This document shows positions 1 through 11,895 of a stretch of 34,677 nt of DNA, in pieces. The position numbers and the translations under genes are program-made. The stretch's first letter is position 1. Every line of letters starts with the position of its first letter. Source of the DNA: Rotaria socialis (lineage: Eukaryota); the NCBI GenBank assembly GCA_905331295.1, contig CAJNYD010000408.1, forward strand, positions 1 to 34,677. Reading direction: 5' to 3'. The notes under the pieces are model-generated. The model was not told the DNA's origin and made no database searches. It worked only from the letters and a program-made list of their open reading frames with translations.

Positions 1-170
1 ATTTTAGGCAGAAAGAAAAATGTCATCAGGCCATTTGTCTTCACATAAAATGGTTACATCAATATTATTCTGACGGACGGCAGCAACGAAAATAACATAT
101 TGTTTATGTATATACGTATATATGAACTGAAAGGAAATGAGATTGACTGAGTGAAAAAGAATAATTAGAC

Positions 171-1879
171 ATGAACATTTTAAATAGTAACAATATTAAT
201 ATACTCGATCTACCAGATGAAATATTATCTATCATTTTCAATAAACTGAAGACGATCGATATATTCTATTCATTGGTAGGTGTAAATCACCGATTTGATC
301 GACTACCACTCGATTCTCTCGTTATTCATCATCTTGATTGTGCAATCGAACGATATCGTGTTCATAACCTTTCGGTAGATACTTACATTCTCGATAAAGT
401 TTGTTCGAAAATCTATCCTCGAATTAATGATAAAATAACTAAACTTGCTCTTGATCCATTTTCAACGGAACCTATTCTTAGTGTTGTGAAATATCCTCAA
501 CTACATTCATAATTCATTGGACAATTATCAATCTCATATACTCCTACGACATTTAAAAGGTATGATCATGAATTCCATTTGACTTGATGAACCATTGATG
601 TTTTTATTTACATATTAGATGGTGAGATATTTTGTGTAAATGATCAAATTACAGATCTTACCGTCAACATTTACCATGACGAAGGAGAATTATCCGATGA
701 GCTTGAAACAATTGTATTTGTAGCAATATTATTCTACTGTAGATATTTAACTGATTTGACTTTTTCTGAAAAGTTTTCAAGCCACTATCTATCATTTGTA
801 TCATGTGATATTCCACAAGGATATTCTTTACCGTCAACTCTGACTAACTTGACTATAAAAGTAAATAGTTTTGATGAATGTCTTTATCTTCTTAATGGGT
901 GTCTCCAATTTTTATCAACGTTGATAATTCGCATAAAGAAAATTAGTCGTCCATCGTCGAATATTAATAATACAGTAAGTACAAATACTGTTCATTGAAT
1001 ATGAACAAATTTATCTTTCAAAATCCACTAATTATCTTATTTTTTTTAGGAAAAACTTGTCAAATTGAAATGTTTCTCATTAGTAGGAGAGCAGTATTCG
1101 TACTTTTATGATAAACTGGTTGTTCCATTACTTCGTCGAATGTTAAATCTTGAAGAATTATCGTTACAACTCTCAGCAATAAGAGCTGAAAAATCTTATA
1201 TCGATGATAATCAATTATATGAACAAGTTCTTAAGTATCTGCCACGACTAAACAAATTTATATTCAATATACACACTCATATTATTAATACTAGTAGTAT
1301 TGAAATTGATCTTCCATCGAATGATGATATTCGGAATAGTTTCATTAAACGAGGTTTTCAATGAGTTGGTACATGTGCTACTAAAACACTTATAGATAAT
1401 GTAGGCGATTGTCATGTTTATTCTCTTCCATATCTATTTGATGATTTCTTATTTCTGAGTAACTGTTTTCAAGGTGGTCAATTCAATAAAGTTCGAATGT
1501 TAATGATGCGTGATAGATATCCATTTGAAGAAAAATTATTTCTGAAGATTTTCCTTTTCTTCAAAAATTAATCATATTAAATTTAAAAGCACAACAAAAT
1601 GATCAACATCGTTCGTCTACATTGATTAGATTTAATCATCTCTTCAAACTCAATATTATTAATGCAGACAATGACTATGTCACACAATTTCTTCCTGAAA
1701 GAAAGACGTCTTTACCTTGTTTAACGAATCTCAAAATTAGATACAGTACATTAGCAAGTGTAACAAATAATTTTACCAATGATGAAACACGCCTCAATTG
1801 TACTAAAATAAAATCTCTATACGCATGTGATCTAACTGTTCGTTCACAAAATTTTGATTCATATTTTCCCTCTCTCTGA
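171..1879 (+). pseudogene. F-box/LRR-like protein pseudogene, 3 exons (171-559, 619-974, 1050-1879)
   Basis: N-terminal F-box motif ILDLPDEILSIIFNKL...IFYSLVGVNHRFDRL. GT-AG introns at 560-618 and 975-1049 join the ORF pieces in phase. Lesions: 1-nt frameshift/stop at ~510, in-frame TGA at 1362-1364 (frame continues VGTCATK...CHVYSLPYLF), and a frameshift at ~1545 (FEEKLFLK shifts to DFPFLQKLIILN). AATAAA at ~1908-1920. Confidence 0.85.
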
Positions 1880-2546
1880 TTTTTCTTAGTCTTGTATAAA
1901 TCATTTAAATAAAAATAAATGCGGTAAGAAAGTTAAAATGTATTTCGATCATAACAAATTACTCGATCATTTATTGTTTATTTGTACAAGTAATGAGTAC
2001 AACAACACTGAATGAAATCATCATATGAAAATAAAAAGAATAGGGTTTAAATAATTGCTTATGTTCTGATTTTTGAAGAGTTTTAAGCAGAGAATTAATT
2101 ATTGAGAAGGAGATATTAAATCAAATATTAAAGGTTTGATGAGCATTTAATACAACGATGAATAGCAAACAGATTCATTACATAGATTTTTATAGAAATC
2201 AGTCGATTCTGATCTATGAACAGTTTATTTCATATAATAAATACAAGTCTCAATTTGACTAATAGAAATTATATGAATATATAATATTTGTCTAGATGAA
2301 AAATAATGAGTTGTCTACTATCTTTTGTAAAATTTGGTACTGAGATCATTTTTAATCTTTTTCAAACAGTTTTCCCTCTATAACAGTAAAAACTCTTTAC
2401 AATGATAAAAACAAACATTTTGGCCTGATCGTACTACTTTATCGAATAAGTTTTTACTTTTACTTAAATAACGCGACTTTGTAAACTGTTGTTGATCGTA
2501 TTTTTAGTGCAAAATAATCAATTAAAATAAATTTATTGATCATAAA

Positions 2547-2580
2547 TACAGGGTGTGCCAAACGGTTTGCGACATTTCTT
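2547..2580 (+). mobile_element. Isolated Tc1/mariner-type terminal repeat remnant
   Basis: TA|CAGGGTGTGCCAAA resembles a Tc1-type TIR start after a TA target site. No partner TIR was found. Confidence 0.35.
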
Positions 2581-2591
2581 ATTTCATATAC

Positions 2592-2640
2592 ATCTTGAGG
2601 GTGTGGGTGTCTTGCTTATATACACCCACATCCACACCTT
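2592..2640. repeat. Small hairpin element with inward-facing telomeric-like arms
   Basis: ATCTTGAGGGTGTGGGTGT-CTTGCTTATAT-ACACCCACATCCACACCTT. It shares the GTCTTGCTTATATACA core with the copy at 22976-23015. Confidence 0.8.
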
Positions 2641-2654
2641 ATAAAGCATTTATT

Positions 2655-2825
2655 TGAGGTAGCAGTGTTAATGTTACCGCTGTCTAAGTTGAGCTATGAG
2701 CTTTTGGTGAGCATGATAATTCTTTTGAAATGTATGTACTTACTCCTGTGAATTTTGACGACAATATCGGTATAACGGTGACCATCTGTGGTCAATTAGC
2801 TGAAGCTTATTATGGCTGCAAAAAG
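2655..2825 (+). pseudogene. ADP-ribosylglycohydrolase (ARH/DraG family) C-terminal fragment, decayed
   Basis: The frame from 2655 reads *GSSVNVTAV*VEL*AFGEHDNSFEMYVLTPVNFDDNIGITVTICGQLAEAYYGCKK. This is colinear with the ARH C-terminal consensus (LEAALWAF...SFE...AVNLGDDTDTTAAIxGQLAGAxYG). It has three in-frame stops and a degraded DTDT motif. Confidence 0.75.
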
Positions 2826-3470
2826 GTTTATAAGAAAACTGAATACAGTGGTTGCACAATGAACAACTACAATATACGGTGTTCTATAGAGACTTCAAAG
2901 CATTAATATTTCTCATTATCCCTTATTTATGGAGAAACATTATCCCGTTTTATTTCATACTATTTTATATGGGTCCATTCTTTTTAACGGACTCTTCTAA
3001 CACGCATGAGTTCGCAGACTTTTCATTTGAGTAGTTCTAATATTTTTGCCAATACTAGGTAAACCTTTGACTTTTAAAGAAATGAGTATTTTCAGTGAAA
3101 TGTTATCAAATAACATCTCTTAGCATAATCGGTATTTTTTTTCTTTTTCTAGTAATTTCTTAAATAGGGTATCATTACTCAGAAAACTTTCAAAATAATG
3201 TAAAGAATGTTTGAGTAGTTTGTTTTTTCCTTCTTATGTCGACTACACGTGTTCTGCCAATCGCTTACTTTTTCACTTCATCATTTTATGCTAGTGCAGA
3301 ATCGCTCGCAAACTTAGTTGGTTTTTATGCATGCTTTTACTGGATTCATTTACGACCCTGCACTAACGAAAATTTTCACTCGATTTCTGCCAATGCGATT
3401 GGAAAAGTATTGATTCATATTATTCTTTTTAGTAGTGATATAAGTGTACGATTATTCGCTCATTTATAAG

Positions 3471-6329
3471 ATGACGACTGTTCATCAACTCTCTCGTTTC
3501 ATGGAAACAAAAACAAAAGTGTCTCAGATTAATTTGGAGGATTTTTCTGTTGTATGGCTCGACACTAATCTGCTCATCACAAACGATTGCAAAGAAATGG
3601 CGAACAATCTGCGTCAAATCATAAACTATTTAAAACTATTCGACAATACCGATGACTGTTTAAACTATATATCATCATTAACCAATGAAAAAGTATTTTT
3701 AATTACATCTGGTTCACTAGGACAAGGCATTATGCCATTAATTGATGGGATTCCACAAATCTTATCCGTTTATATTTATTGTACAATAGCACGGCGTCAT
3801 AGACAATGGTTTGATACATATTCAGGAAGAAAGTTGCATGGATTGTATACTGATATGAATTTGCTATTATTCGAACTTAAAAAAGAGGTTGCACTACAAT
3901 CGAAAAATTTATTCGCCATAAGTGTATTCAATCAAAATATATCCAATGTTTTCAAAGAAAAATCAATACAAGATTTAGGTCATCATAATGGCACATTCAT
4001 TTGGTTTCAAATATTAATTGAAACATTACTACGTATGCGACAAACGAATGATGCAAAGGTTGATATGTTGACAGAATGTCGATTGCTATACGATGGAAAC
4101 AATATTGAGCAAGACAAGATTTATGATTTTAAACATAATTATCAGCCATCTGATGCTATACGTTGGTATACGCGTGATTCATTTGCATATCGTTTATTGA
4201 ATAAAGCGCTCCGAACAGAAAATATCGATATAATTTTTTTATTTCGATTTATGATTAAAGATCTTCACCAACAGTTACGACAATTACATGAAATGCAAAT
4301 GAACGGCAATTCGTTTACTGTCTATCGTGGGCAACAAATGTCGAATGACGAATTCCAAACGATTCGAAATTGTCAAAATGGCCGAATAGCTACTAATACA
4401 TATTTATCGACAACATTCGACAAAGATGTTGCAGTGATTTATGCTGGTGATGGCTCTGCCAGGCCAGAGATTGAGTCTATTTTATTTGAAATTACAGTCG
4501 ATAATAAATCTTTACTTTCATTAACACCCTACGCAAATATTGGTAGCTTAAGTTATTATCAAGATGAAAGTGAAGTGCTTTTTTCGATCGGTACAGTATT
4601 TTGTATTGTTTCAATAACGGAAGATACTAATGGTATATGGCACGTTAAATTAAATTTAAGTACAGACGAAGACAAAGAAATAAGAAAAGTTGTTGATTAT
4701 TTTCGAAGAAAAATGTTGAAAAAAACTACATTAAGAGATCTAGGAGATTATTTAAAAGACATGGGTCAATATGATAAAGCGATTAGTTATTATAGAGTTG
4801 TTCTAGAACGATTTACTATAAATGATGAAAACGAAGATATTCTATATAAGAACATTGCTAAATGTTTCGAAGAAAAAGGAGATTTGGATGAAGCATTAAA
4901 AAATTATTTATTGGCATTAGAAGTTCAAATGATAGAATACACAGCATGGTATACAGAAACTGGTAAGACATATTATTTTATTGCAGGTATCTATGAAAAG
5001 AAAGGTATTAAAACTCTTGCTATGAAATATATGGATAAAGCATTCGATTATCTCACTTCACTTGAAAAACAACAATCGACATATAAATCATGGGATTCTC
5101 ATTTAGTAGAAACTTGTAATTATATCGGTTTGATTCATGCAAAGAGAGGCAACCACCAAGAAGCATTGGCATACTTTGAAAAAGCATCGAATAAACTTTT
5201 AGAGCTTCCCCCAAACGATGACAATATGTTAGACCTCGCATCGACATACGCACATATAGGAGCTGTATGGTCAGCACTAGGTAATGGTGATAGTGCACTC
5301 AAATATTACCAAGAAAGTTATCAACTTAAACAGAAAATACTGCCTTCAAGTCATCCGTCTTTGGGCACCAGCTTCAATAATATGGGTGTCGTTTGTTCTC
5401 AACATGGGAACTATGAAGATGCATTGAATTATTACAGAAAAAGTATTGAATTAAGGCAGAAATCATTGCCAATCGCTCATATTTCCATTGCTGCATGCTA
5501 TGCAAATATGGCCAATCTATATTCGAAACAGAACGATTTTACGGAGGCAATAAATCATTACGAGAAAGCTCTCGATATTAGACAATCGTGCTTATCTCAA
5601 GATAGTCAATTAATCACAAAATCCTACATAGACATTGCTTATAACTATGATAAAAAATGTGATTATGATAAATCACTTGAGATTTATCGAACAGCACTCT
5701 CAATAGCAATGGATCATAAGGTAAAAGATCATGTTCAAATTTCATCGATCTATAATCGTATGGGGCTTGTTTATCAAAAACAAGGCAAAATGACTGACTG
5801 TTTCGAGTATCATAGAAACGCATTACAAACGTACCTCGGTAACATACGAGAAAACCACCAATGTCCACAGTATTTAGTGGTTCTATATGAAAATATGAGT
5901 TTTGCGCAGATGGAATTGAAATTGTATACCGACGCATTGGAGAATTGTCAGAAAGCATTAACCATTAGATTAAAAAATACTCCTGATGATCATTTATCAA
6001 TAGCTAAACTATGCCATTCTCTTGGCAATGTCTATCACGCGATTACTAACTACAAACTTGCTTTACACTATTATTCACAATCATTTCAAATACAATATGA
6101 ACGATTGCCATCGAATCATACTCTATTAGAAACACTGGCCAATAAGATATATAAGCTTTGTGTTGAAGAAACTGCTCTGAGTAAATTTGATCAGTTAGAT
6201 TTAATGAACAAAGTGTATGAACTGCTATCAAAATTATGGCGGCCAGGTAATTCCAAAATGATTGAGCTACGGAATGATATTGAACAGCTGGAAGATAAAT
6301 TAGATATTCTCACTATTTATTGGAAGTAA
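3471..6329 (+). CDS. Receiver-like + NAD-dependent mono-ADP-ribosyltransferase (R-S-E, ExE) + TPR-repeat protein, copy 1
   Basis: Uninterrupted ORF; the first ATG is at 3471 (the track start at 3444 is GTG). N-terminal alpha/beta domain VVWLD...VFLITSGSLG...VYIYC. ART motifs VYRG (4320), YLSTT (S at 4407) and DESEVLF (E at 4566 and 4572). The C-terminal half has long TPR repeats such as SFNNMGVVCSQHGNYEDALNYYRKSIELRQK. Confidence 0.92.
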   Translation: MTTVHQLSRFMETKTKVSQINLEDFSVVWLDTNLLITNDCKEMANNLRQIINYLKLFDNTDDCLNYISSLTNEKVFLITSGSLGQGIMPLIDGIPQILSVYIYCTIARRHRQWFDTYSGRKLHGLYTDMNLLLFELKKEVALQSKNLFAISVFNQNISNVFKEKSIQDLGHHNGTFIWFQILIETLLRMRQTNDAKVDMLTECRLLYDGNNIEQDKIYDFKHNYQPSDAIRWYTRDSFAYRLLNKALRTENIDIIFLFRFMIKDLHQQLRQLHEMQMNGNSFTVYRGQQMSNDEFQTIRNCQNGRIATNTYLSTTFDKDVAVIYAGDGSARPEIESILFEITVDNKSLLSLTPYANIGSLSYYQDESEVLFSIGTVFCIVSITEDTNGIWHVKLNLSTDEDKEIRKVVDYFRRKMLKKTTLRDLGDYLKDMGQYDKAISYYRVVLERFTINDENEDILYKNIAKCFEEKGDLDEALKNYLLALEVQMIEYTAWYTETGKTYYFIAGIYEKKGIKTLAMKYMDKAFDYLTSLEKQQSTYKSWDSHLVETCNYIGLIHAKRGNHQEALAYFEKASNKLLELPPNDDNMLDLASTYAHIGAVWSALGNGDSALKYYQESYQLKQKILPSSHPSLGTSFNNMGVVCSQHGNYEDALNYYRKSIELRQKSLPIAHISIAACYANMANLYSKQNDFTEAINHYEKALDIRQSCLSQDSQLITKSYIDIAYNYDKKCDYDKSLEIYRTALSIAMDHKVKDHVQISSIYNRMGLVYQKQGKMTDCFEYHRNALQTYLGNIRENHQCPQYLVVLYENMSFAQMELKLYTDALENCQKALTIRLKNTPDDHLSIAKLCHSLGNVYHAITNYKLALHYYSQSFQIQYERLPSNHTLLETLANKIYKLCVEETALSKFDQLDLMNKVYELLSKLWRPGNSKMIELRNDIEQLEDKLDILTIYWK

Positions 6330-6410
6330 AATCATTTGTAGTAATACTATTGGACAGCATGAAGACCTGATCTCTGGTAGAGTCTTGTCGCGACCGACAT
6401 ATCGATGGCA

Positions 6411-6476
6411 GTGGATGTGGGTGTGGTTACCTCTTTGTCTCATTGGGAAACCACTATATCCGCACACCCACACCTT
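6411..6476. repeat. Degenerate telomeric-arm hairpin
   Basis: GTGGATGTGGGTGTGG ... CCGCACACCCACACCTT, with inward-facing arms. Confidence 0.6.
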
Positions 6477-6887
6477 CGCAGCGTGTTTGCTTTCCTGAGT
6501 TTTTCATGATAATTTTAAAATGTCCTGATTTTCCTGTTTTTTGGCTAAAAATCGTGATTTTACCGTGATATTTTATGTTTAACTGTTATAGGAGTAAAGT
6601 TGCATGGTTATGACTTTTCATGTTATTTTACTCCGCCCATTTTTAAGATTTAAACAAAATATTGATCGAATATTTTTACAAAAGCGAATGAGAATGCTCA
6701 AAATATACTTATATCAATCATTCGATTTCTCTCGTAGGTCATACTAGCATCAAATTCGAGTTTTCTTGTCCGGATTCACTTTGAAACATGCGTTGAGTCT
6801 CTAATCAATTGTGATGAGTACGAAATTCGTGATTGATCGGATGATACAGGTTCGGATGGAGGTCATGAAGAAAAGCAGGAAGTCAGA

Positions 6888-6948
6888 TGTGAGTGTGGGT
6901 CTCTTATTCATCGAATGCCTTATTACACCCACACCCACCCACACCCTT
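6888..6948. repeat. Telomeric-arm hairpin
   Basis: TGTGAGTGTGGGT-CTCTTATTCATCGAATGCCTTATT-ACACCCACACCCACCCACACCCTT. Confidence 0.7.
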
Positions 6949-7493
6949 CTTGAATTTGGTAATTTTTTTAAATGTAAATCGGCCAATCCAAAACATTTAT
7001 TCCCAGTAAGGTGTTGTGCAGCAATTGATTTGCCTTATAATGTTTTTATTTATACTGAGGATAGAGAAGAAATGAGTAATCATGGCATATGTGGTGTTTA
7101 CTTTTATACATGTCATGCTGATTCATGATTCATCTCAGCACTGAAATGTAATATTATTGGTTTATTCATCCCTCCCCCTACGTGTGATTTTATTTAAAAC
7201 AACGCAGTATAAGAAGGAAATTCTTATGCAACTGTCTTTCGAAAAAAAATGTTAAATTTGTGCTAATGTGACGCATATGCATCGTCTTTCATTTTACTCT
7301 TCTTATTTTTTTCAGTTCTCATTTTACAAATAAAATTTATTATTGACGCAAACAAAATATTCACCTTCAATGCAATAGTGTCAAATCTGAATACCAAATT
7401 GGATTTTTAGATTTGGTATGTATGGCTCGGTGAAAAACGCGCAGCAGAACAGTGAAACAATATGGAGTGGGAACAAATCCTTTTGAGTCTTTT

Positions 7494-7690
7494 CCCTGGG
7501 CGAACAATACGGTCCGTATTTCTGCAGCATTTTTGTCGTATGCAATGCATTCCCGGCATGAATACGGCAAAGTCACGGTAAAAATACTTTCGTAAAACAG
7601 CGGCCTGGTTTACGGCGAAAAACGGTACATAAACGATACAAATACGGCCGTAGACGGCCCGTATCTGGTGGCCGTACTCAATCACCCGGG
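7494..7690. mobile_element. Short MITE-like element rich in ACGG/CCGT motifs
   Basis: GC-rich island with imperfect terminal inverted repeats CCCTGGGCGAACAATACGG / CCGTACTCAATCACCCGGG and many internal ACGG/CCGT words. No clear TSD. Confidence 0.6.
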
Positions 7691-9008
7691 TTTCAGTCAC
7701 AATCTCTCCTGCTTGTGATCAAACTACCTCTGGAGTAGATTTTTGAAATTATTTCGAAAGGTTCCATCATGAGTAGTTACTGCTAAACCTCAGGCAAAAT
7801 TCTCAAGGCTTCTGATTGCTACTAATAATTGACTAATAGCATAACCAGATGAACAGAAGAATATGTCTATAGCGATGCTACATCGTGTTTTAGTACGAAT
7901 ATGAGATTTTGATTTGTTTTGACAGAATATCCGCACTTATATCTAAACTCCTTGTGATTAATCGACTAGATGACGTTTTTTTTACAGTGCGTAGTTTCGT
8001 GCAGTAAATATGAAAGATTCAAAATTAATCTGATAGTGATAGAATTAAGACGATAACATATTTTACAACCTTGAAACACACTCTTTCGATGGTATTCACT
8101 ATATAGAGGTTTTATTGTAATTATTTGTGTAATTTCATTAAGAAACGCTACTTGTTTTTTTTAAATCCTATTATTCTGTCGATTGAATATTCACCTGAAG
8201 TACATAGAAATCCATTGATGTGCTTGAATGGCATGAAAATCAGACAGTGAAAAAAATAAAAACAAAACAAGTCAAACAGTATGTTAGTTTATGGCACTGC
8301 TGAATTTGATTCTTTTTCCTTGCGACATTCACGATTTTAATTCGATCAAATAGATCCAATCTGTTTTTTCTCTAATCCGCTGTAATTTGAGTTTATATAC
8401 AATTACTTTGTGAAACGTAATTGTTAATTGTTATTCCTACTAAACAATCTCGAGCATTATAGGCGCAGCTGAGCTAAAATCCCAGTTTTGCAACTGTCTA
8501 ATCGCGTGTCCATATGAGACTCCAGTTAGAGTATCTCACTTTAATTCGTATCCTATCAGTTTTTCAGTTCTATGTCCGTTCGAATAGATCATCTTTCCTA
8601 CTGATTACTATCAAACACACTCGATTGTCTGAATTCATCATGAGAAGAAAATTTGAGTCAAACGCTGATGATCTTCATGCTGTATGTTTCTAACTTGAAG
8701 AATATCATCCACATCTTTCACCGTGTGTATTCAATAAAACTAGCTCAATTTTCCAAGTTCAACTTTCTTAGACAATCTTCTAGAAAGAAATTTTTCATAG
8801 ATTTCTGCCATTCATTTTATCATAATTTTGCAGGAAGGATAGCATTTTTCAATCTGTTTCGTTTTGGCTATCCAAAGCACCTTTCTTTAGATGCAGATAG
8901 CTTAAAAGATAGTAGAACATTCGTATCGTTCAATATGATATATGTAGTATGATATATGAAAATCCCACTTCGAATAACATCAGATATGCTATTCTATTTT
9001 AGATAATT

Positions 9009-11895
9009 ATGGGAGATAAAAAGTCATGGAAAAAAAAATGAAACACGTGTTTTCTACTCTACATTCAGCGTTGATAAAAAAAAGCTACACAAACTAGATT
9101 TGAATGAGAATTCATCCATTAGCAATTCTGCATGCTCTGGTCCAACTGTCATCTTAAAGGCTGGAGCAATTCCTGCGCCATTAAATGAATTATTACAATC
9201 TCCAAATTTTGAAGGCATTACATTAATTTGGTATGATCCACGTTTGAATACAACTGAAGATACCAAACAAACAGCAAAAGAATTGAGAGAAATAAATAAT
9301 TATGTGATATTTCATTCAGATCAACTTGAATGTATTGATTTTATAAAATCAATTAAAGATGAAAAGATATTTCTTGTTACGTCTGGAAAAGCTGCTTCGA
9401 CGCTTTTGCCAGAAATCATTGAATTAAAACAAGTTGATTCAATCTTTATTTTCTGTTGGAAAATTGAAAAATATCAAGATTTATTACAAAGATATGAATC
9501 ACTAGTTGGTATCTATACTGACCGTTCAATTTTGATTAATGCTATCAAAGAAAATGTCGATTTATTACAGAAACAATTAAATGCCTTTAGTTTCTACAAT
9601 GGACACGAAGAAAAAGCGATACGTGATTTATCTCAAGAATCTGCCGAATTTATCTGGTTTCAATTATTTAAAGATGTTATTCTACGAATGCCAACCAATA
9701 GCAATGCCAAAGAACAATTAATACAATTTTGTCGTGAATATTATCGTGGAAATCAAAAAGAATATAATAATATCGATGAATTTGAACGTTCATATAAAAA
9801 AGACAAATGTATTTTTTGGTACACGCGTGAAACATTTTTGTACAAACTTGTCAATAAAGCTCTACGTACAGAAGATATGGCACAATTACATATGTTTCGA
9901 TTCTTCATTGCTGATTTATCGTTACATTTAGCGACATTACATAAGAAAAATCGAGAAAAAAACGATGTCGTGATGCTTTATCGTGGTTTAAAAATGGAAA
10001 ATGAAGAATTAAATCGATTTAAGACAAGCCAAGGTACTGTAATTGCAACAAACGGATATCTTTCGACAAGCCTTTCGAAAAAAGTTGCCATGGAATTTGC
10101 TTTAAAATCTACAAAAAGAACGAATGTAGTTTCCACATTGTATGAAATTGAATGTAATTTAAATGAATCGAAATCAATTATCTTTGCTAATATAACAAAA
10201 TATAGTGAATTTGCTAGTGAACGAGAAGTATTATTCGATCTTGGTAGTACATTTAAGATTCAATCCGTTATTGAAGATGAAGAATTGAAATTATTTGTTG
10301 TTAAACTGAAAGCAACTGACGATGGAGAAAAATTAGCGAAAGCATATATTGAATCAAACAGAAAAGTCAATGAAGAAACGAGTTTAGATATTCTATTTGG
10401 TAAATTACTTATAAAAACGGGAAAATATGATCAATCATTAACTTATTTCGAGAATTTATTAAATGAATCCAATGGAAAAGTTGATGTAGCACGAATTTAT
10501 AATGAAATCGGATATGCATATTTATGTAAGGGTGAACTTAAAGAAGCCCATGAATTTGCTTGTCGTTCATATGTAATGACGATTCAAACAAAACCTTCTC
10601 GTGTCAAACATTCAGCAAGACCATTAACAAATATGGCTCATATTTATCTTCGAAGAGAAATGTATAACGAATCATTAGAATACTATTTTCAAGCGTTAGA
10701 CATTCAAGAAACTTTTTATGGTAAGGAACATTTAAATACTGCTGCAACATTAAATAATATTGGTAATGTCTATTATAAAATGCAAGATTATTCAACATCA
10801 TTGATGTACTATGAAAAATCACTTCATATTCGTCAAAAACAATTACCAATGTTTGATATTGATATAGCGGCAAGTTTCAATAATCTTGGACTTGTCCATT
10901 TGAAAATGAATAGACTATATCCAGCATTTGACTACCACCAAAACTCATTAGAAATCAGAAAAAGAATGCTTCCACCAGGACATAATGATATTATTCAAAG
11001 TTTATTGAATATTGCACATGTGCTGTATGAGCAAAATTCAATAGGCGAAGCGTTGAACTATTTCTCCAAAGCATTACAAATTCAGAAAATTCAATTAGAT
11101 TTGATAGATCATGATAAACTTGTAGATCGTCTGAAAGAAAGTTTTGGACCACAACTACATCAAAATGCTCCTCGAGATATTCCCCGTTCTACAATCGTTC
11201 TTCGTGACCCGCCTCCCCTTGCTACACAATTCTCTCGTTGGCCTGAATACGCGGTCATAATACATTGCCTTCCCCCTCCAAGTAGACCAGGGATTCAAAA
11301 TTTCGATGATTCTCTTTTTTATGAGTTCATCACAGCGCTTCATGGTAATACCGATGATCAAAAAGCTCTGCATCTATGGAAAGAGTTGTTAAATAAATGC
11401 AATGCAACATATAACAATGATCCTAGATATATTCAAGACTTAGAATACGGTCTGACAAAGGATCTAGGAGATTCTTATCAGAGTTTCGATGAAAGTCAAG
11501 AGGCGCTTCATTTTTACGAAAAAGTTCTATTCATATTGGAAAGCTCGACTCCTTCATTAATCAGCATGGACAATGCACGAATTCTATGCTTGGATCGTAT
11601 CGCTAATATTCATCAACGAAATGATAATTTTGAATTAGCACTCGACTATTTGATTCGAGGCTTAAATGTGATGCAACGCAAGAGAAGAATGCCGAACGAA
11701 ATCTCCGATAAAATGCGTCATATTGATCTTGTGCACATGACCCTTGGAAATTATAATTTAGCGTTGAACTCGTTCAATGATGCACTCACTATACTGCAAT
11801 CAAATTCGATAGATCCGAATGATCGGGAGATAAAATTAACTTTAAGACGAATCGATGAAGTTAAAGAAGCACTTGAATCAGGTACACATGCGTAA
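9009..11895 (+). CDS. Receiver-like + mono-ADP-ribosyltransferase (R-S-E, ExE) + TPR-repeat protein, copy 2
   Basis: Long open frame to TAA at 11895; the track start at 9100 is TTG. The likely true start is ATG 9009, with a 14-nt exon and a 46-bp GT-AG intron (9023-9068) that splices in frame (MGDKN-VDKKKLHKLDLNE). Motifs LIWYD...IFLVTSG...IFIFC, LYRG (9976), YLSTS (S at 10063), SEREVLF (E at 10219 and 10225), then TPR repeats. AATAAA at ~12034. The start assignment is inferred. Confidence 0.9.

Noticed and set aside
6801..7700. ORFs 6801-6986, 6811-7128, 7367-7576 and 7407-7700
   Set aside because: They translate telomeric-like repeats (PTPT/VGVG) or MITE sequence, with no protein signature.
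5053..11373. Short antisense or alternative-frame ORFs overlapping the ART-TPR genes
   Set aside because: They are shadows of the long ORFs and have no recognisable motifs.
3471..11895. Bacterial contamination as the source of the intronless toxin-like ORFs
   Set aside because: They are embedded among intron-containing genes and eukaryotic TEs with similar base composition, and copy 2 has a downstream AATAAA and a probable 5' intron.
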